This document shows, piece by piece, positions 8,091 to 19,021 of a stretch of DNA of 64,000 bases. The notes beneath the pieces are model-generated. The model saw only the letters and a program-made list of their open reading frames with translations, was not told where the DNA came from and did not search any database. The stretch lies in contig JBBDYJ010000028.1 in the NCBI GenBank assembly GCA_040901675.1, positions 35,336 to 99,335 on the forward strand, given 5' to 3'. The DNA comes from Pirellulales bacterium (GTDB lineage Bacteria; Planctomycetota; Planctomycetia; Pirellulales; JAICIG01). The position numbers and the translations under genes were made by a program. Numbering within the stretch: position 1 is the stretch's first letter; each line of letters starts with the position of its first letter.

Positions 8091-9497
8091 ATGCGCCGAC
8101 CCCCAGTCGATCCCGCCGAGCCAGCTTCGAACCTCGCGGGCGGTGGCGGCCGAGGCAAGGCGCGGGCCGTTTCCGCCTTCGGAAGCCCCTTCTGGTTCAC
8201 CTACGCCGCCAACAGCTCGATGATGATGGCCATCAGCCTGCTGTTCCGCTACGGCGATTTCGTCAAGCACCTGGGAGGCACCGAGTGGCACCTGGGCTGG
8301 ATCGTCTGCGCCGGCATGGTCGGCAGCCTGGTGATGCGGCTGGCCCAGGGAGTGGGCATCGATACCTACGGCCCTCGGCAGGTCTGGCTCTGGTCGTCGT
8401 TTCTGTTCATCGCCAGTTGCCTGGGGCACCTGGCCGTGTCGAGCGTCAACGGCCCGCTGATCTACATCCTGCGGATCCTGTTTCAGACCAGCATCGCCGG
8501 CTTCTTCGGCGCTTCGATCACCTATATCTCGGGCCGGGCCCCGATCGTCCGCATGGCCGAAGTCATCGGCACCCTGGGGACATCAGGGTTTGTCGGGATG
8601 GTGCTCGGCACGTCGCTGGGCGACATCCTGCTCAGCGCCCCCGTGCTCGGCGATGGCCAGGTCGATAGGATCTTCGTGGCCGCCGCCTTGTTGGGCACAT
8701 TCAGCTTCGTCATGTCGTGGCTGGCCACGCGCGGCGAGCTGCCCCCCATCAAACGCAAGCAAGCGCCGCTGTTCTGGCTGCTCAGCCGATACCGGCCAGG
8801 CACCGGCCTGCTGTTGGTCGGGGTGGCGATGGGCTTCGGGCTCGGATTGCCGGGGATCTTCCTGAGCCGCTACGCCGCCTCGCTGGGAATCCTGCACATC
8901 GGTCTGTTCTTCGGCGTCTATGCTCCGATGGCCTTTATCACGCGGCTGGCAATCCGCCGGCTGCCGGAACGGTTCGGCATCCGCCCGATGATCTTCCTGG
9001 GTCTCGGCAGCCTGGTGGCCGGCATGCTCTTGTTCCTGACGGTCCGCTCGCAATGGCACTTCGTGTTTCCGGCCCTGTTCATCGGCGTCGCCCATGCCTG
9101 CCTGTTCCCCTCGGTGGTCGCCGGCGGCACGGGAGCGTTTCCCTTGCGCTATCGCGGGCTGGGTACGACCGTGATGCTGGCCACCTTCGACATGGGCAGC
9201 CTGATCGGATCGCCGACCGTTGGGGAGATACTGCACCGCTCGGCCATTTTGGGACTGCCCCCCTATCCGACAATGTTCCTGGTCGTGTCGCTGTTGCTGT
9301 CGATGGTGGCGCTCGTCTATGCCTTGTCCGGCCAATCGCCGGAAAGGCAGCGCGATGAAAACGGGCGCAAGACGCGCCGCCGGCGCAGGAATGGCCGGCG
9401 AGTTCCCCGGCTGATGTATCACGCCAACGGTTCGCCAATTCAAGCGGCGAACGGCAAGCAAGACTTGCCTGCCAACGTGCAGTACAAGACGCCCTAG
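8091..9497 (+). CDS. MFS transporter
   Basis: About 12 hydrophobic segments; GIDTYGPRQ and PERFGIRP motif-A-like loops; start uncertain. Confidence 0.85.
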   Translation: MRRPPVDPAEPASNLAGGGGRGKARAVSAFGSPFWFTYAANSSMMMAISLLFRYGDFVKHLGGTEWHLGWIVCAGMVGSLVMRLAQGVGIDTYGPRQVWLWSSFLFIASCLGHLAVSSVNGPLIYILRILFQTSIAGFFGASITYISGRAPIVRMAEVIGTLGTSGFVGMVLGTSLGDILLSAPVLGDGQVDRIFVAAALLGTFSFVMSWLATRGELPPIKRKQAPLFWLLSRYRPGTGLLLVGVAMGFGLGLPGIFLSRYAASLGILHIGLFFGVYAPMAFITRLAIRRLPERFGIRPMIFLGLGSLVAGMLLFLTVRSQWHFVFPALFIGVAHACLFPSVVAGGTGAFPLRYRGLGTTVMLATFDMGSLIGSPTVGEILHRSAILGLPPYPTMFLVVSLLLSMVALVYALSGQSPERQRDENGRKTRRRRRNGRRVPRLMYHANGSPIQAANGKQDLPANVQYKTP

Positions 9498-9546
9498 CCC
9501 CGGGCTGCTTGCTCGGGCACGGCCGAAAATCGCGTCGCGGAATCCA

Positions 9547-9580
9547 CTGGGGCACGCTTATCGCTTTGCCCCAGCCACCC
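9547..9580. repeat. REP family A copy
   Basis: CTGGGGCACGCTTATCGCTTTGCCCCAGCCACCC, identical to 14489-14522. Confidence 0.9.
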
Positions 9581-9599
9581 CGCAGTGCAACCCGGCGCC

Positions 9600-11210
9600 T
9601 TAGCCGCGGCGCAACGTCGAAAAGAGCTGCCGGTACTCCTGGCGGCGGGCCGCCCCGGACGCCGGCCTGGGCCGCGCCGGCTCTGGCCGGGGGTCGTCCT
9701 CGACGACGATCTGGTCGTCGTCGCCAACCCCCAGCGGCGACTTCTCCTCAATCGGCACACGGGCCGGCCTGCTCACCGCCGCGCGCGGTTCGACGGCGGC
9801 CGCCGGCTGGGCGGCCGTGGGCTCGGCGCGAGATGGCTCGGCGCGAGATGGTTCGGCGACGGCCACCGATTCGGCCTGGAACGCGTCGCTGGCCGAGCTG
9901 GTATCGAAGCTTCGAGCCAGCGGATCCGCGGTGCTGATCGCGGTGATTGTCATCGGCAAAGGTGCGCCGCCTTCCGCTTCGTCCCTCTCCTTCTGGCCGA
10001 TCACCGACAGACGCGGGCCTCCCGGCGCCTGGACAAACGGCTCGAGCAAGGCCGAGAGAATCCGTCCCTCCTGGCTGTGAACCGCCGGTTGCCGAAAGAA
10101 CTCGTCGGCTTCCGAGGCGGCGTACCGGTCGACCACCACCTCTTCTTCGTCGAACGATTCGCTGAAGGGGTTGCTCGACGGACGGCCCTCCACCACGGTC
10201 ACCGGTCCGATCGTCCCCACCGGCTGGAACTCCTCGTCCAGGGCCGCCAGGTGGTCGTCGATCTCGTGCAAGAGCACGGTCGGCTGCGGCTCTTCGAACG
10301 CGGGTTCCAACGGCTCGTCGTTCAGCCCGCCGAACTCGATGATTCCTTCGCCGGTGGGCGGCGTCGGCTCGGCCCGGGCGCGGCTTTCGTTCCAGGGACT
10401 GGGCAATTGCTGCAGGTCAGACCAGGCCTCTTCAATGCCGGCGCCGTCGATCTGCCTTTGGCCGCCGGCGTAGGCCAACATCAGGGCGTGGTCGAGCACC
10501 TGGTTCAGCAGCCGGGGGATGCCGTCGGTCGCCCGGTAGGCCGCCTCCAGGGCGTCGGGCGTGAAGATGCGGCTCGCGGCCGCGCCCACCGCGGCAATCT
10601 GCGCGGCGATGTACTGCTCCGTCTGCGCGCGGTCGAGGCCTTCCAGGTAGCAGCGCGAGCTGATTCGCTGGCTGAACGAGTCCAAAAGGGGATTGGCGAA
10701 TCGCTCTTCCAACAACGGGTTGCCGGCGAGCACCAGCCGGACCCGCGGCTGGCCTCCGCGCACCAGGTTGGTGATCAACCGCACCTCTTCCAACAGGCGG
10801 ATCGGAAACGTGTGGGCCTCGTCCAGCAGCAGCAGCATGCCCTGCGGGGCGGCCCGGTCGGAGGCCAGGTGATCGATCAGCGACAGCCGCAGCTCTCCTT
10901 CCTCGAGCCCGCGGTACGGCAGGCCCAGCTCGAACAGGATCGCCTGCAATAGCGCTCGGCGCGTGCTCAGGTGGCCGTTGGCCAACAGGGCCACGGCAAA
11001 CTGCGCGCGGAACTGTTCGGCCAGGACGTGGCACACCAGCGTCTTGCCGCTGCCCGCCGGGCCGATCAGCATGCCCGCGCCCTCGGCCCGCTCGATGCAG
11101 CGGGCCAGCGTCTGCCTGGCGCCTTCCACGGAGGCGGCCGCGAAGTATCGATCGACGCGCGGCGCCGCGGCAAATGGACGTTCGTTGAGCTGAAAGAAGG
11201 ATTCATACAT
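9600..11210 (-). CDS. ExeA/GspA-like AAA ATPase with acidic low-complexity C-terminus
   Basis: MYESFFQLNERPF start, GPAGSGKT Walker A, LLDEAH Walker B, LVLAGNP, TDGIPRLLN. Confidence 0.88.
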   Translation of the reverse strand: MYESFFQLNERPFAAAPRVDRYFAAASVEGARQTLARCIERAEGAGMLIGPAGSGKTLVCHVLAEQFRAQFAVALLANGHLSTRRALLQAILFELGLPYRGLEEGELRLSLIDHLASDRAAPQGMLLLLDEAHTFPIRLLEEVRLITNLVRGGQPRVRLVLAGNPLLEERFANPLLDSFSQRISSRCYLEGLDRAQTEQYIAAQIAAVGAAASRIFTPDALEAAYRATDGIPRLLNQVLDHALMLAYAGGQRQIDGAGIEEAWSDLQQLPSPWNESRARAEPTPPTGEGIIEFGGLNDEPLEPAFEEPQPTVLLHEIDDHLAALDEEFQPVGTIGPVTVVEGRPSSNPFSESFDEEEVVVDRYAASEADEFFRQPAVHSQEGRILSALLEPFVQAPGGPRLSVIGQKERDEAEGGAPLPMTITAISTADPLARSFDTSSASDAFQAESVAVAEPSRAEPSRAEPTAAQPAAAVEPRAAVSRPARVPIEEKSPLGVGDDDQIVVEDDPRPEPARPRPASGAARRQEYRQLFSTLRRG

Positions 11211-11474
11211 CTCGCAGTCTTCCTGTCTTGGCCACGCTGCGCCTGCGATATGACGAACCGAGCGGTCCGCGTCGGCACCCATGTCCGCACGTACCTTACA
11301 TTCGGCTCCGGCCGGCCAGATGCTCCACCTTGTCCCAGCCGATTCTTTTCACTCGCCGCGGCCCTCCGAAGCGGCTTCAGGGTTGGCTGGTTCGCAAGTT
11401 CGCCGCTTGCAATTTGCCCGCCGCTCGTGGACGCTAATGACTCTACCAGCCCGATCACCCACCGGAGCCCAGCG

Positions 11475-12305
11475 ATGCGGATCGTTGCCTTTACCAAGAG
11501 TTTCCAGGATTGGACCATCGACGAAGTTTGCCGGCGGTTCAAGGCCATCGGTCTGGACGGACTCGACTTGACCGTCCGTCCGGGCGGGCATATCGAGCCG
11601 GCCCACGTCGAGCGGCAGCTTCCCTTGGCCGTCGAAGCGGCGGGCGAGCACGGACTGCGGATCGACTTTCTGACCACCAGCATCACCGATCCCGACGACG
11701 ACGCCGAGAAAATCCTGGCCACCGCCATGGGGCTGGGCATCGAGCGCATCAAGCTGGGCTATTACTCGTATGGGTCGTTCGGCACGCTTGCGGCGCAGAT
11801 GGATGACGTCCGCAAGCGGCTGGGTCGCGTGATCGAGGTTTGCCACTGGCACGGAGTGCTGCCCTGCGTACACATTCATTCGGGCGGATTCATCCCCTCG
11901 CACGGTACCATGCTGTACGAGCTGCTCCGCGACTTCCCCACCAACCAGGTGGGCGCCTACGTCGACACGCTGCACATGACGCTGGAAGGCGGCGGCGACG
12001 GCTGGCGGCAAGGTCTCGACCTGCTCGCGCCCTGGATCGCGCTGGTGGCGGTAAAGAACTTCGCCTGGCACGCCGGCGATCGCGATGCCCACGGACAGGT
12101 TCGCTGGCACAACCGCGTGGTGCCGGTGGCCGACGGCGTGGCGGCATTGCCCGACTTTGTGGCGGCCCTCAAGAAGCTCGGCTACGATGGAACATATTCC
12201 CTGCACAGCGAATACAAGGGAGGTCACAGCTTCCAGGATCTCGACACCGAGGGGTGCGCCCGGCAGACCGCGGCCGATTTCGAGTTCTTCAAAAAGCTGT
12301 TCTGA
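11475..12305 (+). CDS. Sugar phosphate isomerase/epimerase (xylose isomerase-like TIM barrel)
   Basis: GLDGLDLTVRPGGH, HIHSG, DTLH, SLHSEY motifs. Confidence 0.85.
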   Translation: MRIVAFTKSFQDWTIDEVCRRFKAIGLDGLDLTVRPGGHIEPAHVERQLPLAVEAAGEHGLRIDFLTTSITDPDDDAEKILATAMGLGIERIKLGYYSYGSFGTLAAQMDDVRKRLGRVIEVCHWHGVLPCVHIHSGGFIPSHGTMLYELLRDFPTNQVGAYVDTLHMTLEGGGDGWRQGLDLLAPWIALVAVKNFAWHAGDRDAHGQVRWHNRVVPVADGVAALPDFVAALKKLGYDGTYSLHSEYKGGHSFQDLDTEGCARQTAADFEFFKKLF

Positions 12306-12310
12306 GACAC

Positions 12311-13000
12311 GTGTTCCGTATCAAGATTTGCGGCGTCACCTCGCTGGCCGACGCACTCGCCGCGGCCGCGGCCGGCGCCGATGCCATCGGTTTCAATTTC
12401 CATCACGGCAGTCGCCGCTTCATCGACCCGCTGAAAGCGGCCGCGATTGCCGAGTCGTTGCCTCCGGAAATCGTCAAGGTTGGCGTCTTCGTCAATCTGC
12501 CCGCCCACGAGGTCCGCCAGACCGCCGACGCGGTCCCGCTGGACCTGGTTCAACTGCACGGGGACGAAACGCCCGACTATCTCGCCAACCTGGCTGGTTT
12601 TCCCGTCATGCGGGCCTTCCGCTGCGGCCCGGGCTGCCTGGGCTCCATCCCCCAGTACATAGGAGAGTGCAGGACCCTGTTCAGCATGCCTCGGATGATC
12701 TTGTTTGATGCGCTGGTTGCGGGCGCCTACGGTGGCACCGGACAGCGGGCCGACTGGGGGCTGGCGGCGGAGTGCAGGAAATCAGGTCTCAACGCTCCGC
12801 TGGTGCTGGCAGGCGGACTGACTCCGGACAACGTCGCCGAGGCGATCCGCACGGTGCGCCCCAACGCCGTAGACTCGGCAAGTGGCGTTGAATCGGCTCC
12901 CGGCCGCAAGGATCCCGCGCGGATGGCAGCCTTCGTCGAGGCGGCCCTGGCCGAGTTTGCCAGGCTGGATCGGCAAGCCGGTCTGGATCCGGACGACTGA
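12311..13000 (+). CDS. trpF: N-(5'-phosphoribosyl)anthranilate isomerase
   Basis: IKICGVT, VGVFVN, VQLHGDE, GGTG, LAGGLTPDNV, VDSASGVE; GTG start. Confidence 0.95.
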   Translation: MFRIKICGVTSLADALAAAAAGADAIGFNFHHGSRRFIDPLKAAAIAESLPPEIVKVGVFVNLPAHEVRQTADAVPLDLVQLHGDETPDYLANLAGFPVMRAFRCGPGCLGSIPQYIGECRTLFSMPRMILFDALVAGAYGGTGQRADWGLAAECRKSGLNAPLVLAGGLTPDNVAEAIRTVRPNAVDSASGVESAPGRKDPARMAAFVEAALAEFARLDRQAGLDPDD

Positions 13001-13147
13001 GGCAGGTTTCCGCCGTTCGCGGCAGCCGCTCGGCGACCTTGTCAGCCCTACATCTTCCACCGTATTATGTCGGGGCATCCATAGCGCGTTCCGGCAACCG
13101 GATCCGCCGTCGGATTATCCGCCCTACCCCCCCTGTGGAGGAATGAC

Positions 13148-14461
<1,314 letters not shown>

Positions 14462-14488
14462 CGAGCGGCCGGAGGTATCTTCACACGC

Positions 14489-14522
14489 CTGGGGCACGCT
14501 TATCGCTTTGCCCCAGCCACCC
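14489..14522. repeat. REP family A copy
   Basis: Identical to 9547-9580. Confidence 0.9.
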
Positions 14523-14559
14523 AACGGCCTGGGAAGGCCTTCCTACAAAACTGCCAGCG

Positions 14560-15861
14560 ATGCCTGAGATCCAGCCATTCCGGGGCCTCCGCTACGACCT
14601 GGGCCACGTCGGCTCGCTAAGCGACGTCGTGGCGCCGCCCTACGACGTGATCGGCCCCGAACTGGCCGATCAGCTTTACAAGAAGCATCCGGCCAACGTC
14701 ATCCGGCTGATCCTGAACCGGGAAGAGCCGGGCGACGACGCGGGCAACAACCGCTATAGCCGCGCAGCCCGGTTTCTGAAGAACTGGCGCAGCGAAGGGG
14801 TGCTGGTCACCGAGCCGGACCCGGCGTTGTACGTGTACCACCAGGTCTTCACCTACGACGGGCGCGAGCACACTCGCCGCGGCTTCATGGCCCGCGTGCG
14901 GCTGGAGCGATTCGGCGAGGGGAAGATTTACCCGCACGAGGAAACTCTGCCCGGGCCCAAGCAGGACCGCTTGCTGTTGACCCAGGCCTGCAAGGCGAAC
15001 CTGAGCCAGATCTTCGGCCTGTATCCCGACCCCCAGGGCGCAGCCCAGCAGCTCTTGGAGCAGGCCATGGCCGGCAAGACACCCCTCGAAGCCACCGACC
15101 ACTTGGGCGTCGTGCACCGGCTATGGCCCATTTCGGACGTCGACGTTGCCGCGAAGCTGGCCGGCCTGGTCGGTCCCAAGCCCGTCTTCATTGCCGACGG
15201 CCACCACCGCTACGAGACCGCCCTGAACTACCGCGACCAACTGGCGGCCGCCGGCCCGTTGCCCTCCAATCATCCGGCCAACTTCGTCTTGATGATGTGC
15301 GTCGGGATGAGCGATCCGGGCATGGTGGTGCTGCCCACGCACCGCCTGTTCCGCGGCCTGCCGTCCATGAGCTCCGCCGACCTGGTCGGCCGCCTGGGCG
15401 ACTGTTTTGCCACGCGGCTGATCGGCGAGGGGAGCGACCTGGCCCCGACGGTTTGGGAAGAGGTGGAGTACGGCGGCGAGCAAGGCGCATTGGGGCTGTT
15501 CACGCAACACGACGAGCGCTGGGTATTGGTCACCATCACCGAGGCCGGCCGCCAGCGTATGGCCCAGGTCGCCTCCGAGCATAGTCAGCCCTGGCGGGAG
15601 TTGGGCGTCAGTATCCTGCATCGCCTGGTGATCGACACTTTGCTCGATGCCCCGGCCCTGCCCAAGCCGCGTTACGTTCACCTGGTCGAAGAGGTAGTCG
15701 AGGGGCTCGACAGCGGCGAGTTTCCGCTGGCGGCACTCGTCATGCCCGCCACGGTCGAGCACATCCGCGTGATCAGCGAGCACCACGAGCGGATGCCCGC
15801 CAAGAGCACCTATTTCTACCCCAAGCTTCTCAGCGGCCTGGTCATCAACCCGCTCGAATGA
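14560..15861 (+). CDS. DUF1015 family protein
   Basis: PFRGLRY, APPYDVI, PHEET, IADGHHRYETA, MPAKSTYFYPK. Confidence 0.92.
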   Translation: MPEIQPFRGLRYDLGHVGSLSDVVAPPYDVIGPELADQLYKKHPANVIRLILNREEPGDDAGNNRYSRAARFLKNWRSEGVLVTEPDPALYVYHQVFTYDGREHTRRGFMARVRLERFGEGKIYPHEETLPGPKQDRLLLTQACKANLSQIFGLYPDPQGAAQQLLEQAMAGKTPLEATDHLGVVHRLWPISDVDVAAKLAGLVGPKPVFIADGHHRYETALNYRDQLAAAGPLPSNHPANFVLMMCVGMSDPGMVVLPTHRLFRGLPSMSSADLVGRLGDCFATRLIGEGSDLAPTVWEEVEYGGEQGALGLFTQHDERWVLVTITEAGRQRMAQVASEHSQPWRELGVSILHRLVIDTLLDAPALPKPRYVHLVEEVVEGLDSGEFPLAALVMPATVEHIRVISEHHERMPAKSTYFYPKLLSGLVINPLE

Positions 15862-15889
15862 CGTGGCGTGAGCGTGGACCTGACGTCCA

Positions 15890-16064
15890 TTCCTCCTTCC
15901 TCCTTCTGCCTTCCTCCTTTCCCTGGGGTGCCTGGTGGCAAAGCGGTAGCGTGCCCCAGTTGAAGGCCGAAGGCTGTAGGCTGTAGGCCGTAGCCAGGAG
16001 AACAGTGGGTGCCTGGTGGCAAAGCGGACTTCGGCGAGCTCAGTCGAGTCGTAGCGTGCCCCAG
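15890..16064. repeat. Repeat cluster: heptamer tract plus two REP family A copies (15926-15959 empty; 16007-16064 with 24-bp insert at 16027-16050)
   Basis: GGGTGCCTGGTGGCAAAGCG[GACTTCGGCGAGCTCAGTCGAGTC]GTAGCGTGCCCCAG. Confidence 0.88.
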
Positions 16065-16146
16065 TTGCCAACTGGTGGGCTCCATCCCCTCGCTTGCGCG
16101 TCGGGTTAGTGTGTGCCCTTCCCGCTCCACGCCATCGACCTTGCCG

Positions 16147-16162
16147 GGTTTCACGTGAAACT
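16147..16162. promoter_or_regulatory. parS site
   Basis: GGTTTCACGTGAAACT matches the 14-bp core of consensus TGTTTCACGTGAAACA; upstream of parA. Confidence 0.88.
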
Positions 16163-16251
16163 GGTCTGTGCGGTCACTAGGGCCGGCAATGGTCGAGCAG
16201 GCGGCACGGAGGTTGGTGGTGCGGCGGACTTCCGCGGTCACGGAGACTGCG

Positions 16252-16267
16252 GGTTTCACGTGAAACC
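16252..16267. promoter_or_regulatory. parS site
   Basis: Perfect palindrome GGTTTCACGTGAAACC. Confidence 0.9.
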
Positions 16268-16443
16268 TGCCGGATTCCCGCGCCGTGCGATCGCGGGTGC
16301 CCAGGTCCTCCTTCTGCCTTCTGCCTTCCTCCTTCCTCCTTCTGCCCACCAGGTCTGATCTTTCCTCGCCGCGAAGTCCGCTGCTACAATCCGCCCCGGC
16401 GCCGGCCGCACTCGCCGCGCCAAATCGGCACGGGAGCTTGGCG

Positions 16444-17190
16444 GTGGGAAGGATCGTCTGCGTGGCAAATCAAAAAGGGGGGGTGGGCAAGACCACCACC
16501 GCCGTCAACCTGGCCGCCGGACTGGCCAAGAGCGGCGCCCGCACGCTGCTGGTCGACCTCGACCCGCAGTGCAACGCCACCAGCGGGCTGGGCAAGCTGC
16601 CCGCCCCCCGCCACCCACTGGTGTCGGAGGAACCGCTACGGGACTCGCTTTGTTCCACGGCCACCGATGGTCTCGACCTGCTGCCGGGCAGCCGCAATTT
16701 CGAGGACGTCGAAAAGCTGGCCACCGGCGACGAGTCGCAAACGGCCACGCTCCGCCAGCAGCTCGCCGGCGGGCTGACCGCTTACGACTTCGTGCTGATC
16801 GACTGCCCGCCCTCGCTGGGGCAGCTCACTCGCACGGCCCTGGCCAGCTCGAACGAAGTCTTGATGCCCATCCAGTGCGAGTACTTTGCCATGGAGGGGC
16901 TGACGCAGATGATCGAGGTCATCCGCCAGGTGATGGGCCGTTACCCTGGCCGGCTCAAGTTCGGCGGGATCCTCTTGACGATGTACGACCACGAGTTGGA
17001 GCTGACCCGCGAGGTGGATGAGGAGGTCCGCGATTTCTTCGGCGAGATCGTGTACCGCACGGTCATTCCCCGCGACGTGGCCGTCTCCGAAGCGCCCAGC
17101 CATTCGCTGTCCGTGATCGATTACGCGCCCCGCGCCAGGGGGGCGCGGGCCTACGTTGAACTCTGCATGGAGGTGCTCGAACGTGACTAA
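16444..17190 (+). CDS. parA: Chromosome partitioning ATPase ParA/Soj
   Basis: NQKGGVGKTTT, DLDPQCNA, IDCPPSLG, IQCEYFAMEG, SEAPSH; GTG start inferred. Confidence 0.93.
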   Translation: MGRIVCVANQKGGVGKTTTAVNLAAGLAKSGARTLLVDLDPQCNATSGLGKLPAPRHPLVSEEPLRDSLCSTATDGLDLLPGSRNFEDVEKLATGDESQTATLRQQLAGGLTAYDFVLIDCPPSLGQLTRTALASSNEVLMPIQCEYFAMEGLTQMIEVIRQVMGRYPGRLKFGGILLTMYDHELELTREVDEEVRDFFGEIVYRTVIPRDVAVSEAPSHSLSVIDYAPRARGARAYVELCMEVLERD

Positions 17191-18145
17191 AGAACGACGC
17201 TTGGGGCGCGGACTCGAGGCCTTGCTCGGCAGGCTGCCCGACGCTGCCGACACTCGCGCGGGGCCAGGCTGGCCCGCTGCCGACCCGGCAGCCGGGGCGG
17301 GCTGCACCGGACTCGTCCAGCTCAGCGTCTACGAGCTCGACAGCAACCCGTTCCAGCCGCGGCGCGACTTCGACGAGGCCGAGATCAACTCGCTGGCCGA
17401 CAGCATCCGCGAGCACGGCCTCTTGCAGCCGGTGCTGGTCCGCCGCGTGGACCAGCGCTATCAGCTCGTGGCGGGCGAGCGCCGGCTGCGGGCCGCGGTC
17501 AAGGCCGGCTGGTCCCAGGTGCCCGCCCAGGTGATCGAGGCCGACGACCGCCAGGCCGCCGAGCTGGCCATTGTCGAGAACTTGCAGCGAAAGGATCTCA
17601 ACGCGTTGGAAAAGGCGGCCTCGTTCCAGCAGTACCTTCATCGCTATGGCTCGACGCAGGACGAGTTGGCCGCGCGGCTGCAGATCGACCGTTCGACCGT
17701 GTCGAACCTGATCCGTCTGCTGGAGCTGCCCGACGAAGTGCAACAGGCGCTGCACCGCGGGCTGATCAGCCAGGGCCATGCCCGTGCCTTGCTCCCCTTG
17801 GGCGAGGAGCGCGAGCAGGTCGAGTTTTGCCGCCGGATCGCCGACGAGGGCTTGAGCGTGCGTGCCGTCGAGGCGCTGGTCCAGGAGACGATCCGGGCCG
17901 CCGACGCCGAACCCTTAACCGTCGTCACCAGCGAAGGCCAGCGAAAGCGGCGAACCCGCAGCCAGCATCTGGCGTCGTTAGAGCAGGAGTTCCGCACGTC
18001 GCTGGGGACGAAGGTCGACGTGCGGCAAGGCGCGCGGGGCCGCGGCCGGATCGTCGTCCACTTTTCCAGCCACGAGGAGTTCGAGCGCTTGCAGCGTCAG
18101 ATTTGCGGCCATGGCAATATCCACTCGCAGGTCCAAGCCGGTTGA
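17183..18145 (+). CDS. parB: Chromosome partitioning protein ParB/Spo0J
   Basis: RLGRGLEALL, NPFQPRRDF, LVAGERRLRA, ENLQRKDLN, HTH RSTVSNLIRLL, GHARAL. Confidence 0.95.
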   Translation: MTKERRLGRGLEALLGRLPDAADTRAGPGWPAADPAAGAGCTGLVQLSVYELDSNPFQPRRDFDEAEINSLADSIREHGLLQPVLVRRVDQRYQLVAGERRLRAAVKAGWSQVPAQVIEADDRQAAELAIVENLQRKDLNALEKAASFQQYLHRYGSTQDELAARLQIDRSTVSNLIRLLELPDEVQQALHRGLISQGHARALLPLGEEREQVEFCRRIADEGLSVRAVEALVQETIRAADAEPLTVVTSEGQRKRRTRSQHLASLEQEFRTSLGTKVDVRQGARGRGRIVVHFSSHEEFERLQRQICGHGNIHSQVQAG

Positions 18146-18160
18146 CTTCGTCGCAGGTTC

Positions 18161-18183
18161 GTAGTGACCCCATTCATGGGGTC
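18161..18183. repeat. GTAG-type REP (GTAGTGACCCCATTCATGGGGTC)
   Basis: Near-identical inverted copy at about 61364-61386; related copy near 60178. Confidence 0.75.
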
Positions 18184-18415
18184 CGGGGCGACAAGGAATC
18201 GAGGCGCGAGATTCAAGGTTTGGTCAGTTTTCGCTAACTGCTGCAGAGACAGTTGGCTTTGAAACAGGGTGCCTCGGCAAGGTGCCGTCCAGTCATCCTT
18301 GAATGGCAACAGGCCAAGCCAAGCCGAACCAATCGCTGCAGCAGGCGGCGGCCGCGATCCTGGTTTCTCGAACTTCACTGTCTCGCAATGCGGCCGCTGC
18401 TACTGAGCTGGAGCG

Positions 18416-18601
18416 TTACGGCCGCCCGCCATCTGGTATGGCCGCGCGGCGACCAATTCGACCTATGAAACCCGCAAGCTGCCGCTGGGTGCTTAATTCG
18501 ATGCCTTGTCCTTGGTCGATTTGCTCGAAGGCCTCGGATGTCAGAAATCTGAGCAGTTCCAGCTTCTCTTGGTCGTCGGCGGGCTGCTCCGGCATCTGCA
18601 T
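18416..18601 (-). CDS. Small protein resembling the C-terminal half of ParD-type antitoxins (orphan or remnant)
   Basis: GAGGAG RBS; QEKLELLRFLTSEAFEQIDQGQGIEL pattern; no RHH N-terminus, no adjacent toxin. Confidence 0.45.
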   Translation of the reverse strand: MQMPEQPADDQEKLELLRFLTSEAFEQIDQGQGIELSTQRQLAGFIGRIGRRAAIPDGGRP

Positions 18602-18873
18602 CTCCTCAAAGTTTGGAAAGTCGCGGTGGCGCTCCCTGGAGCATACCACGATTGGCAATTTTTTGAGAAAATCTCCATGGCAGCCGGCCCCATTATGCCG
18701 AACCTCGCCCCGGCATTTCGGGTCGCGGAATGAGGGGCTGTACGCGGACCGCCCCGGAGGCCAAATGTACACTCGTTCACTTATTGCCGTTGCCTCGGCG
18801 CGCGGCCACCAGTACGATGAGCAATGCCGATCTTGGCGCGGCTTTCCGGGCCTCGCCGGTGGGTTTTCTTCTT

Positions 18874-18948
18874 CGGGGTGTAGCTCAGCTTGGCTAGAGC
18901 GTCTGGTTTGGGACCAGAAGGCCGCAGGTTCAAATCCTGTCACCCCGA
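18874..18948 (+). tRNA. tRNA-Pro(TGG)
   Basis: Acceptor CGGGGTG/CACCCCG, anticodon arm TCTGG-TTTGGGA-CCAGA, T-arm GGTTCAAATCC; CCA not encoded. Confidence 0.97.
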
Positions 18949-19021
18949 CTTCAATCAATGACGGCTGTTCGTCGGCCCTTCGCCGGAGAGCCGCTTCTCG
19001 CCTGGCGGCGGAAAGACGGTC

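Noticed and set aside
13001..13147. SAH riboswitch upstream of ahcY
   Set aside because: The conserved GAGGAGCG-type core is not visible
18183..18198. Minus-strand CCTTGTCGCCCCG resembling the att scars
   Set aside because: Wrong side and orientation relative to the tRNA, lacks the AAAAAGTTC part, abuts a REP; probably chance
18416..18958. 180-aa ORF spanning the tRNA
   Set aside because: N-terminal part is the antisense of tRNA-Pro; only the 18601 start has an RBS
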